Virus record (IMG/VR): IMGVR_UViG_3300025834_000005
Direction: 5' to 3' (one strand)
DNA from: a virus
Length of the DNA: 64,000 nucleotides
Both the position numbers and the translations under genes were made by a program. Below are positions 1 through 8,023 of this stretch, piece after piece; within the stretch, counting starts at the first letter, position 1, and each line of letters starts with the position of its first letter. Below the pieces are notes generated by a model. That model worked only from the letters and a program-made list of their open reading frames with translations. It was not told the DNA's origin and ran no database searches.

Positions 1-449
1 AATCACAACGTGGCATGTAAGATTGCAGCAGGTAGCTTGAGTGGTATATAATTCGATTCTAAAGGGAATCACAAATAAGCTTCAAAAGTATGATAATGAC
101 ATTATAGTGGTATATAGTTCAACACCAAAGGGAATCAGAACATATAAACAACTGTTCTTTGAAATATTTAAAATCCAAAGGGAATTACAACCATTCGTGC
201 AACCTCAGCAAATATTGTAAATGGTATATAGTTCAACACCAAAGGGAATTACAACTCAATACGATTAGCATTCACATAATTGATCAGTGTTATATAGTTC
301 AATACCAAAGGGAATTACAACTCCATATAATCAACCAAATCTTTTAATTGATTATATAGTTCAACACCAAAGGGAATCACAACAACCCTCTTATACAGGT
401 CTTTATAGTACCAAATGGTATATATCTCAAATCCAAAGGGAATTATTAT
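1..449 (+). CRISPR. CRISPR-like array (36-nt repeats, ~30-nt spacers), truncated by window start; no cas gene in window
   Basis: Repeat 3' ends at 9,75,141,191,255,321,383,449 (periods 66,66,50,64,66,62,66). Consensus AGTGGTATATAGTTCAACACCAAAGGGAATCACAAC. Seven unique spacers. Copy ending at 191 is 5'-truncated; copy 414-449 is degenerate. Confidence 0.8.
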
Positions 450-488
450 CAAACATTTGGCACTATTTGATATTTAGTGTCAAATGTT

Positions 489-518
489 TGTAACCTTATT
501 AAATCATTTACGTATAAT
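489..518 (+). promoter_or_regulatory. phage promoter-like bipartite motif
   Basis: TGTAACC 489; TACGTATAAT 509; ATG 531. Confidence 0.7.
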
Positions 519-530
519 AAAGAAAAAACA

Positions 531-719
531 ATGGATATTATGGCTTACTTAACGATTTTCGCTTTTTGTATTGGGCTTTGTAACTTTAAGGAATGGCAAG
601 GTAGCCATTGGTCTACGGCTAAATGGTATGTGCCAACACTGGCTGGAATTGCTGTTGCGATAGCCATACTATCATGCATTAGTTTTTTGAAAGCAGTACT
701 TTATTTAATTTTTAATTAA
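531..719 (+). CDS. small membrane protein (2 predicted TM segments)
   Basis: Track ORF 477..719 trimmed to ATG 531 downstream of the promoter motif; hydrophobic stretches AYLTIFAFCIGL and LAGIAVAIAILSCISF. Confidence 0.6.
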   Translation: MDIMAYLTIFAFCIGLCNFKEWQGSHWSTAKWYVPTLAGIAVAIAILSCISFLKAVLYLIFN

Positions 720-721
720 AA

Positions 722-1015
722 ATGATCAGGCACTTTAAAACAAATTCACCTAAATTATTCTTATTATCACTGTTAGCTGTTTTCATTGCGACAGTATTTG
801 GAATCGTTGAGATTATATCGGCAGGTATCTTACTAACCTTTATATTATTACCATTACTAATTCTGCTTATTATCATCGCTTTCATATTTTTTATCGTGTT
901 AGTTGCTTTTATCATTATGTTACTCTTTGCTTTTAGATTAAAAAGAGACGGTAATAAAGCGTATATTAATCGAAAGCGTGGCAATGAGCGTGATTATAAA
1001 GAAGAAATGCTGTAA
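722..1015 (+). CDS. highly hydrophobic membrane protein
   Basis: ORF track; starts 2 nt after upstream stop; long Leu/Ile/Phe-rich TM stretches. Confidence 0.6.
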   Translation: MIRHFKTNSPKLFLLSLLAVFIATVFGIVEIISAGILLTFILLPLLILLIIIAFIFFIVLVAFIIMLLFAFRLKRDGNKAYINRKRGNERDYKEEML

Positions 1016-1040
1016 CCTTTTATAAGGAATTACGTATAAC
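1011..1040 (+). promoter_or_regulatory. phage promoter-like bipartite motif
   Basis: TGTAACC 1011 (overlaps stop of 722..1015); TACGTATAAC 1031; ATG 1056. Confidence 0.7.
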
Positions 1041-1055
1041 TAAGAAAAGCATATC

Positions 1056-1424
1056 ATGAAAAGAGAAAACGAGTTAGGAGCATCTAAATATTTTGCGAAT
1101 AAAGGTTTGAAAAGAACTAAATCAGCCCTTCCAAATATTATTTACAAGATTGAGATAACTCAATTAAAGTCAGATGCTAATGTGGCATACTTTGAGCCTT
1201 ATAAGTTTAAGGACTTAGGCTACATGGTTTTGTCATGGACAAACCAAAAGGCGGATTCATTCGGAGAATATTCATGGTACTGGCATGGTTTTATAACAAT
1301 CGATGAATTGAAGCGTTATATCGGTACGAATCAATATTCGAAATTTTGCCAAGGTAAAAGAGAATTCATTATTCAACGAAGAGTTGATGGAAATAATACA
1401 TACATTCAAGATTTAGCATTATGA
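1056..1424 (+). CDS. hypothetical protein
   Basis: ORF track; promoter motif upstream. Confidence 0.65.
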   Translation: MKRENELGASKYFANKGLKRTKSALPNIIYKIEITQLKSDANVAYFEPYKFKDLGYMVLSWTNQKADSFGEYSWYWHGFITIDELKRYIGTNQYSKFCQGKREFIIQRRVDGNNTYIQDLAL

Positions 1425-1648
1425 TGATTATATACTGTCCTAAATGTCACGAGCCAATTGGCGATACCAGTTTCGCATCAGGCTTTAAGGAGAATTTTTA
1501 CAAGGTTAATAAGCATGGACGTCCAGTTTGTGATCTTTGCGGTCACAACAAAGATCACCCAAGGTTGCGTTTTGCATTAGAAGCACTTGCACTCACTGCC
1601 GTATTGATCGGCGTTTCTATATTTTTTATATATTATTCAAAACCATAA
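1421..1648 (+). CDS. zinc-ribbon protein with C-terminal TM helix
   Basis: CPKCH...CDLCGH cysteine pairs; ATGA start/stop overlap with upstream gene. Confidence 0.65.
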   Translation: MMIIYCPKCHEPIGDTSFASGFKENFYKVNKHGRPVCDLCGHNKDHPRLRFALEALALTAVLIGVSIFFIYYSKP

Positions 1649-1650
1649 TT

Positions 1651-1857
1651 ATGGAATTTGTTTACAAATTGTTCAAATATAATTACACGTATGACGTGCA
1701 AGGTTCAACAGAGAAAGACACTGAATATGCTTTAATGCATGTGCCTAAAGACGCAAGCTTTAGCAACAATCGAAGCACGTTGATAAATGCAAGATATAAA
1801 AAGTATTCGCATGAAATTGATGTGTATAGCGTTGAAGATTTAACAATTCAATTTTAA
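1651..1857 (+). CDS. hypothetical protein
   Basis: Track ORF 1537..1857 trimmed to ATG 1651, 2 nt after upstream stop. Confidence 0.55.
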   Translation: MEFVYKLFKYNYTYDVQGSTEKDTEYALMHVPKDASFSNNRSTLINARYKKYSHEIDVYSVEDLTIQF

Positions 1858-1864
1858 TTAAAAC

Positions 1865-2104
1865 ATGGCAGAAACAAAAGAGATTACCAAACTATTCGTT
1901 GTCACAGACAGCGAAACATCTTTCGATAACATTGGTGATATCGATGGTGGAATGTTTAATGAGGTGTGGCTAAAAAGCTATGTCAAATTTCATGGCACGC
2001 ATCGTCTTATTGAAAAATTGGCGGAAATGCAAATGCAGGTACTGCAAATGAAATATGAGATCATTAATGAAAGTGATTCAAGTGTATGTGCTGCAAACAT
2101 TTAG
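1865..2104 (+). CDS. hypothetical protein
   Basis: ORF track; co-directional gene train. Confidence 0.6.
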   Translation: MAETKEITKLFVVTDSETSFDNIGDIDGGMFNEVWLKSYVKFHGTHRLIEKLAEMQMQVLQMKYEIINESDSSVCAANI

Positions 2105-2356
2105 TTAAAGCATATTCTTTATGGTGCTTAGATGATTGCTTTTATCAACAAAGCGTTGATACATATACCATATGTCATGGCATTTGGATGGTTAATGGCT
2201 TGCAGATTAAAGAAAATGGCTTAAAACTACACACTCTGACGTGTGTATCAACATCGCATAAAGACTTAAAAATTGGTGATACAAGATATTTAATCGAGAT
2301 ACATTTACTGTATTTTTGTCACCCTGTACAAATTATTCATTTACCAAAAATTCAAA

Positions 2357-2626
2357 ATGAAAACAGTAAAATTACTTGTAGCGTCCATTGATGTTAGTCT
2401 ATGGTTATTAAGAATTACATTGGATGACGGAACTAAGTATGAGGCTAATTCCAGTGATGCTAAATTGGTCGCAGATATTTTATCATGTGAAGACGATAAA
2501 ATAATTGTAAATGCTATCGTTGTCGCTATCAACTATGTGCTTGATCAAAATAATGTTGACTATCTATACGCTAATTTCACATGGAATAACCAACATGGCT
2601 ACACTTTTTATATTGAAGAGGTGTAA
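2357..2626 (+). CDS. hypothetical protein
   Basis: ORF track. Confidence 0.6.
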   Translation: MKTVKLLVASIDVSLWLLRITLDDGTKYEANSSDAKLVADILSCEDDKIIVNAIVVAINYVLDQNNVDYLYANFTWNNQHGYTFYIEEV

Positions 2627-2651
2627 CCTTTTCATTTAATCTACGTATAAA
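2622..2651 (+). promoter_or_regulatory. phage promoter-like bipartite motif
   Basis: TGTAACC 2622 (overlaps stop); TACGTATAAA 2642; ATG 2664. Confidence 0.7.
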
Positions 2652-2663
2652 GAAATAAACGTT

Positions 2664-3011
2664 ATGGCAAAAATGAAAACATTGGAGCAGTTGACAAAGA
2701 AGGAACTTATCGAACTGATCATAGAGATTAGACCAAAAGCAATGGCTTATGATCGCATATGTGAAATACTTGGTATCGAAAAGAACATACTGCATTACAT
2801 AAATGATTTAAAAGCTGAATTAGCCGATAAAAAAGCTAACGAAAAGCCTGTTGAAATGTCAATGGACGATAAAATTGATCAGGAATTGATTGAAATACCG
2901 ATACCTATAGGTGATTTTGTCATGGAACATGGTAATGGCGTCATGTTTACGGATGGTATGTATTACCATTTCGCTGAGGTTATTAAACTCTTAAGAGCCT
3001 ACGTATCGTGA
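2664..3011 (+). CDS. hypothetical protein
   Basis: ORF track; promoter motif upstream. Confidence 0.65.
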   Translation: MAKMKTLEQLTKKELIELIIEIRPKAMAYDRICEILGIEKNILHYINDLKAELADKKANEKPVEMSMDDKIDQELIEIPIPIGDFVMEHGNGVMFTDGMYYHFAEVIKLLRAYVS

Positions 3012-3126
3012 CATTAAACCCTATAGATAATTAAGTTATGTTAACAGAATATCAGCAAATGATCATTAAACAACTGCAATCAGTTGAGATAATTACACTC
3101 AGTATAAACACTAATTTAGGTAAAAA

Positions 3127-3540
3127 ATGGATGGCTTTATAGATTTATCATTATATAATCCTTTAAAAAATTTTTTAAGTAATTCATTACGTAATCAATG
3201 GCTGACTTTCGATCACATGGAAATATATGTTCGAAAAAGCTGGCGTAACTATTGGCATATCAGAACCGATTTAAGGCATCCGACATGTCTCGACATAGCT
3301 TCTGTTAAGGTTGAGGAAAGCTTTCAGCATACAGGAATTTTTAAAGAATTTCTTAAACATGCGGAAGCCATTAATACACTACCTCTTATAATGGTTGAGA
3401 ATGTTTATAATCCTGTCTTGCCAGAGTTCTTAAAATCAGTTGGGTATACTGAATTTGACAGTATAAGCTATGTTAAGTTTAATGATCATTGTAAAGAATA
3501 TGATGATTGGCAAGCTGTAATAGAATCATTAAAGAAATAA
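3127..3540 (+). CDS. hypothetical protein (weak GNAT-like C-terminal pattern)
   Basis: ORF track; HTGIFKEFLKHAE...VENVYNPVLPEFLKSVGY is only a loose acetyltransferase-like resemblance. Confidence 0.55.
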   Translation: MDGFIDLSLYNPLKNFLSNSLRNQWLTFDHMEIYVRKSWRNYWHIRTDLRHPTCLDIASVKVEESFQHTGIFKEFLKHAEAINTLPLIMVENVYNPVLPEFLKSVGYTEFDSISYVKFNDHCKEYDDWQAVIESLKK

Positions 3541-3549
3541 AAATACATA

Positions 3550-3580
3550 TTTTCACATAATGTCGTTTTTCACATAATGT
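3550..3580 (+). repeat. 14-nt direct repeat TTTTCACATAATGT x2
   Basis: Copies at 3550-3563 and 3567-3580, just upstream of the HNH endonuclease gene, which has no TGTAACC motif. Confidence 0.8.
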
Positions 3581-3606
3581 TTCTGTATTTATATGAAAAA
3601 TATTAT

Positions 3607-4332
3607 ATGAAAATAACAAAAGATATCGCATGTAAAATTATAAATTTATTTTATGACGGAAATGGTTACTATGAAATCGCTAATATTGTTGGCGTCAGCG
3701 ATAATACAATTTATAGATTCATCAAATCAAAGGGCTTAAAATCTATTGATAGATTGAAACGACATAAGTGCTCCTTCGACCTAAATGAAATTGGTAATAA
3801 GTATAATCGATTGACAATTGTTGGCACTGAGTATAGCGAAATGTATAAGACTTGGTGCGCAAAATGCATTTGCGACTGTGGACAGGAAACCATTGAGACG
3901 TTACGAAAATTAAAAAATGGCGAAAGAAAAACATGCGGAAATAAAAATTGTGAGCATCATACTGAATTAAAAAGAATTAATGGCACTTTGACCACCACAA
4001 CAGGATATGAAAATATTTTAGGTAGCTCATGGGCATCATGGCGATTAGGAGCAGAACGAAGAAAAATAGATTTTTTAGTCACAATTGAAGAGGCTTGGGA
4101 TATTTATGTAAAACAAAATGGTAAATGTGCATTAACTGGCATAACATTAAAATTCAGAAAGGGTGAAAATAGAATACAAACAGCGTCATTAGATAGAATA
4201 GATTCATCGAAACATTATACTATTGATAATATACAGTGGGTTCATAAAGAAATTAATCGAATGAAAGGTTGTTTGCCCGAAGACAAATTTTTAGAATTTT
4301 GTAAAAATGTTGTAACATGGAACAAGAGTTGA
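3607..4332 (+). CDS. HNH homing endonuclease with N-terminal HTH
   Basis: C-terminal LDRIDSSKHYTIDNIQWVHKEINRMKG (HNH_3-like); N-terminal HTH YYEIANIVGVSDNTIYRFIK; start taken at second ATG. Confidence 0.75.
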   Translation: MKITKDIACKIINLFYDGNGYYEIANIVGVSDNTIYRFIKSKGLKSIDRLKRHKCSFDLNEIGNKYNRLTIVGTEYSEMYKTWCAKCICDCGQETIETLRKLKNGERKTCGNKNCEHHTELKRINGTLTTTTGYENILGSSWASWRLGAERRKIDFLVTIEEAWDIYVKQNGKCALTGITLKFRKGENRIQTASLDRIDSSKHYTIDNIQWVHKEINRMKGCLPEDKFLEFCKNVVTWNKS

Positions 4333-5345
4333 CAAGAGACGAATTTAGGGAAGGCGTTTTTAAACGTGACGATCATAAGTGTGTTATATGCGGTAATTTA
4401 GCTAAAGATGCCCATCACATAATTGAAAGAAGATTATTCAATCCTTCCAGCTCAGGATATTTCATTGATAATGGAGCATCTTTATGCTTTAATCACCATA
4501 TTGAGGCTGAGCAAACTACGCTTAGTTGCGATGAAATTAGATTAAAAGCTGGCATAACAACGATAGTAATTCCAGAGCATTTCTATGGAGATCAGACTTA
4601 CGATAAGTGGGGTAACATAATACTACCAACCGAGCAACGTATTAAGGGAGAGTTGTTTTATGATGAATCTGTTCAAAAGATTTTAAAACAAGGCAACGTC
4701 TTAGACCTGTTTCAAAAATATGTTAAATACCAACGTACCTATCATTTGCCTTGGAGTAATCTGTTAAAGGATGATCGAATCATTAAAGACGATAGCAATT
4801 TCACAGGCAAGAGGGTTATAGCTACGTTGAAAATGGACGGTGAAAACACTACCATGTACAATGACTACATTCATGCGAGGTCATTGGAAAATGCATCGCA
4901 TGAAACAAGGAATTGGGTTAAGGGCTTATGGTCGCAGATCGGCTACATGCTTGATGACAACATGCGAATTTGCGGCGAAAATTTATACGCACAACATTCT
5001 GTTAAATATGATAGTCTTCCATCGTATTTTATGATGTTCTCAATGTGGAGTGACAATACATGCATGTGCTGGGATGAAACTATTGAATACTCAAAGATAT
5101 TAGGGCTGGAAATGGTTCCAATTATCTATGATGGTATCTATGATAAGGATAAAATCATCGCAGCATTCGAGCCTTACAGACTTGCTAATGAGGGCTATGT
5201 AATCAGAATTGCCGATGAATTTAATTACATTGATTTCAGAAGATCAATTGCTAAGTTCGTCAGACCTGAATTTAGGCAAGCTGTTAACAATTCACATGGT
5301 CACTGGATTTCAAAAAAGATTGAAGCAAATGGCTTAAAGTTGTAA
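4317..5345 (+). CDS. HNH-like domain fused to ATP-dependent RNA ligase (Rnl2/PF09414-like)
   Basis: N-terminus HKCVICG...AHHIIERR...NGASLCFNHH (HNH). Ligase motif I KMDGEN, motif IV EGYVIR, motif V AKFVR. Confidence 0.7.
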   Translation: MEQELTRDEFREGVFKRDDHKCVICGNLAKDAHHIIERRLFNPSSSGYFIDNGASLCFNHHIEAEQTTLSCDEIRLKAGITTIVIPEHFYGDQTYDKWGNIILPTEQRIKGELFYDESVQKILKQGNVLDLFQKYVKYQRTYHLPWSNLLKDDRIIKDDSNFTGKRVIATLKMDGENTTMYNDYIHARSLENASHETRNWVKGLWSQIGYMLDDNMRICGENLYAQHSVKYDSLPSYFMMFSMWSDNTCMCWDETIEYSKILGLEMVPIIYDGIYDKDKIIAAFEPYRLANEGYVIRIADEFNYIDFRRSIAKFVRPEFRQAVNNSHGHWISKKIEANGLKL

Positions 5346-5370
5346 CCTTTTATATTGTTTTACGTATAAC
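5341..5370 (+). promoter_or_regulatory. phage promoter-like bipartite motif
   Basis: TGTAACC 5341; TACGTATAAC 5361; ATG 5384. Confidence 0.7.
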
Positions 5371-5383
5371 TAAGAAAAAAGCT

Positions 5384-5689
5384 ATGAAAAAATTACCAGA
5401 AGTCGGAGACAAAATCTATATCGCAGGTCAGATGTATGTGTATAGAGGCGAGGATGACGTCGCAGGGGGATTGGCAACAATTATCGAGGTCATAGTTAGT
5501 GATACTCTACCAGTTGGTCACATCAATAGAGTATTCATTAAACTTAAAGAAGTCCCATATAAGTCATATAATTGGGACATGCTTGAAGAAAAGCAAGAAA
5601 AGCTTGCAAAGGATTATGCTGGTAAAATAGCACATCCAGACCCTGATAACAGACCTGAGTTCAATGACGATAACGAGGGGTGGCATTAA
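5384..5689 (+). CDS. hypothetical protein
   Basis: ORF track; promoter motif upstream. Confidence 0.65.
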   Translation: MKKLPEVGDKIYIAGQMYVYRGEDDVAGGLATIIEVIVSDTLPVGHINRVFIKLKEVPYKSYNWDMLEEKQEKLAKDYAGKIAHPDPDNRPEFNDDNEGWH

Positions 5690-5759
5690 TAAGCTATTGC
5701 CATTGTAGACAGTATGATGCTTTTCAGATATCTTTAGTATTTATTATAAAATTAAAGAT

Positions 5760-6521
5760 ATGCGAGAAGAAATAATTCACGACTACGTGATTAATTTCAT
5801 GAGTACAACAGATTTAGCCACTAAATATAAATTAAATAGGGTAACAATTCAAAGATATTTAATTAAAGGCGGCGTAAGTCTGAGAAGAATTACCCCAAAG
5901 ACAAAGGTAAATCACTATTATTTTTCGAAATATAGTAAAGAAAATTGTTATTGGGCTGGCTTTATCTTAGCGGATGGTTATATCAGAACAAATAAAAGGT
6001 TTACATTATCCATAAAACTTCAAAAGGGCGACATAGATCATCTTGAAAAACTAAAAAATGATATTAAATTTGAAGGTAAAATAATTGAGAGACCCTTATA
6101 TGTAAATATTGACATATCATCAACCCAAATAGTTAAAGACCTTCAAGAAAATTTTGGCATTCACACGAAAAAATCACTTACCTGTGAAATATCGAGTAAA
6201 ATACCTCAAAAGTATCTTAAAGACTTTATTCGTGGGTATTTTGATGGCGATGGCTGTATTACGTATACAACCGTTGATACGATTAGCTTCGTGGGAACTG
6301 AAAAGACTGTAAATTTTATCAAAAATTTCATATATGAAACTGCTCGCATAAAATTAAGAAGTAAAAATTTACCCGATACTGTAGTAAATGGTAATATTTG
6401 TTGCATTTACTACAGCGGCAAAACAGCATATAGTTGCTTAAAATATCTATATGAAAATTCAACAACATATTTAAGTCGTAAATTTAAATTATATCAAGAG
6501 CTAATTAATAAATATCAATAA
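5760..6521 (+). CDS. LAGLIDADG homing endonuclease
   Basis: Two LAGLIDADG motifs, AGFILADGY and RGYFDGDGC; N-terminal HTH. Confidence 0.85.
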   Translation: MREEIIHDYVINFMSTTDLATKYKLNRVTIQRYLIKGGVSLRRITPKTKVNHYYFSKYSKENCYWAGFILADGYIRTNKRFTLSIKLQKGDIDHLEKLKNDIKFEGKIIERPLYVNIDISSTQIVKDLQENFGIHTKKSLTCEISSKIPQKYLKDFIRGYFDGDGCITYTTVDTISFVGTEKTVNFIKNFIYETARIKLRSKNLPDTVVNGNICCIYYSGKTAYSCLKYLYENSTTYLSRKFKLYQELINKYQ

Positions 6522-6527
6522 AAAAAT

Positions 6528-6557
6528 TGTAACATTTTACAAATTACATCGTATAAT
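6528..6557 (+). promoter_or_regulatory. phage promoter-like motif (variant)
   Basis: TGTAACA 6528; ATCGTATAAT 6548; ATG 6573. Confidence 0.6.
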
Positions 6558-6572
6558 ATAAAAATAAACACA

Positions 6573-7328
6573 ATGGGAAATAAAAAAGATTCATTAGGCG
6601 ATAGGATAAAATCCAACTATGAAAACAGAACAAGGTATCTATTGCCGAGACGCACATACACCATGATACGTCTCGATGGAAAGTCCTTCCATTCTTATAC
6701 AAAAGGACTTACAAGACCATTTGACATTAAATTGGTCAATGATATGGATGAAACCACCATTTATCTTTGTAAAAATATTCAAGGAGCAAAGATGGCTTTC
6801 GTTCAATCGGATGAAATTACCATTTTACTTACAGACTTTGATAGTCTAACTTCTGATGCATGGTTTGATGGTAATATTCAAAAAATCGCCAGTATATCAG
6901 CAAGTATGGCTACGGCTAAATTCAATGAATTGAGACCGAATAAGATTGCATTATTCGATAGTAGAGTGTTTACCTTACCAACTGCTACCGAGGTCGCAAA
7001 TGCTTTCATTTGGCGTCAAATGGACACTGTACGCAACAGTATTAGCTCCGTTGCTCAGTCTCTTTACAGTCACAAGGAATTGATGAATAAGAACACGAAT
7101 CAGATGCAAGAACTATGCTTTCAAAAAGGTGTAAACTGGAATGATTACGATCTTAAATTAAAAAACGGTAGGATTATCATGAAAGTTGAAGAAACTCTGG
7201 AAACGCCGTTTAAAGGTGCTGAGTTTGCTCAATCCAATTATACACGTAGTAAATGGAAAAGTGTTGGTGCGCCAACCTTTACGGCTGATCATTCGTTTCT
7301 CGATGCATTGATTCCGATTAACGATTAA
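6573..7328 (+). CDS. Thg1-like protein (tRNA-His guanylyltransferase family, 3'-5' nucleotidyltransferase)
   Basis: MIRLDGKSFHSYTKG...; FVQSDEITILL; size and motif order typical of Thg1/TLP. Confidence 0.8.
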   Translation: MGNKKDSLGDRIKSNYENRTRYLLPRRTYTMIRLDGKSFHSYTKGLTRPFDIKLVNDMDETTIYLCKNIQGAKMAFVQSDEITILLTDFDSLTSDAWFDGNIQKIASISASMATAKFNELRPNKIALFDSRVFTLPTATEVANAFIWRQMDTVRNSISSVAQSLYSHKELMNKNTNQMQELCFQKGVNWNDYDLKLKNGRIIMKVEETLETPFKGAEFAQSNYTRSKWKSVGAPTFTADHSFLDALIPIND

Positions 7329-7359
7329 GTCTGTAACAAATATATACTAAATTCGTTAC

Positions 7360-7402
7360 AAATCTTTGTCGCAAATTTAGTATATATTTGCGACAAAGAT
7401 TT
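7360..7402 (+). terminator. 17-bp perfect hairpin; its loop and flanks are complementary to an upstream 14-mer
   Basis: AAATCTTTGTCGCAAAT 7360-7376 pairs with ATTTGCGACAAAGATTT 7386-7402. 7339-7352 is the exact complement of 7375-7388. Confidence 0.65.
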
Positions 7403-7464
7403 CTTATACTATACTGTTTTATAATTATTTACCAATCAAATAATGCCAGAAGGGGTTAGCAATT

Positions 7465-7704
7465 ATGACATGCGATACAATTGAGAGATATGAAAACGGA
7501 ATGCCTGTCTATAAAAAGAAAAGAGCATTTAATACACAGGATGAAGCTATTACGGAAGCTAAGAAAGTAAACTCTGGTGATCATGTGATTCATAAGGTGG
7601 TCGCTTACAGATGCAACTACTGTTTTAAGTTTCACTTAGGCAGAAATGGTCATGAGTTGACAGACAAAGATCGTGATAAATTTAAAAAAGCAATAAAGAA
7701 ATAA
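7465..7704 (+). CDS. hypothetical protein
   Basis: ORF track. Confidence 0.6.
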   Translation: MTCDTIERYENGMPVYKKKRAFNTQDEAITEAKKVNSGDHVIHKVVAYRCNYCFKFHLGRNGHELTDKDRDKFKKAIKK

Positions 7705-7706
7705 TT

Positions 7707-7976
7707 ATGTCAATCGAGAAGATTAAAGAAGATATCATTGCCATGAGCAAAGAATTCGATGAAAAAGATGGATGTGTAACATGTGAAATTTCCATACAAT
7801 ATCAAGAGATTGACGAATTTTCTGAATTTGTAATTAAAAATACTAATATCAAATTAGGCAAATGGATTTTTTATGAATGCGAAACATGTACCAAACTTTA
7901 TGGTAAGGATTATATTCACGCAAGCATAGAATCAGCTGATAGTATCAAATGGATTGACAAATCAAAATTAATTTAA
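7707..7976 (+). CDS. hypothetical protein
   Basis: ORF track; 2 nt after upstream stop. Confidence 0.6.
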   Translation: MSIEKIKEDIIAMSKEFDEKDGCVTCEISIQYQEIDEFSEFVIKNTNIKLGKWIFYECETCTKLYGKDYIHASIESADSIKWIDKSKLI

Positions 7977-7978
7977 TC

Positions 7979-8008
7979 TGTAACCTTTTGATCTTATTTA
8001 CGTATAAC
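7979..8008 (+). promoter_or_regulatory. phage promoter-like bipartite motif
   Basis: TGTAACC 7979; TACGTATAAC 7999; ATG 8024. Confidence 0.7.
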
Positions 8009-8023
8009 TGATAAAATTATCAT

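Noticed and set aside
159-493. Track ORFs 159..347 and 287..493, with repeated IVQHQRELQL peptides
   Set aside because: They are translations across the CRISPR-like repeats. The periodic peptide simply mirrors the 66-nt DNA period.
2086-2391. Track ORF 2086..2391 filling the 250-nt gap between 2104 and 2357
   Set aside because: It has Cys/His-rich random-looking composition and overlaps both neighbours out of frame. I left it uncalled, so the gap may hold a small gene or RNA that I could not resolve.
4311-4317. Additional TGTAAC hits at 4311, 7332 and 63188 as promoters
   Set aside because: The 4311 hit lies inside coding sequence with no box 2. At 7332 and 63188 box 2 is strongly degenerate (TTCGTTACAA, TAGTATGAA). 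I mention them only as possible decayed copies.
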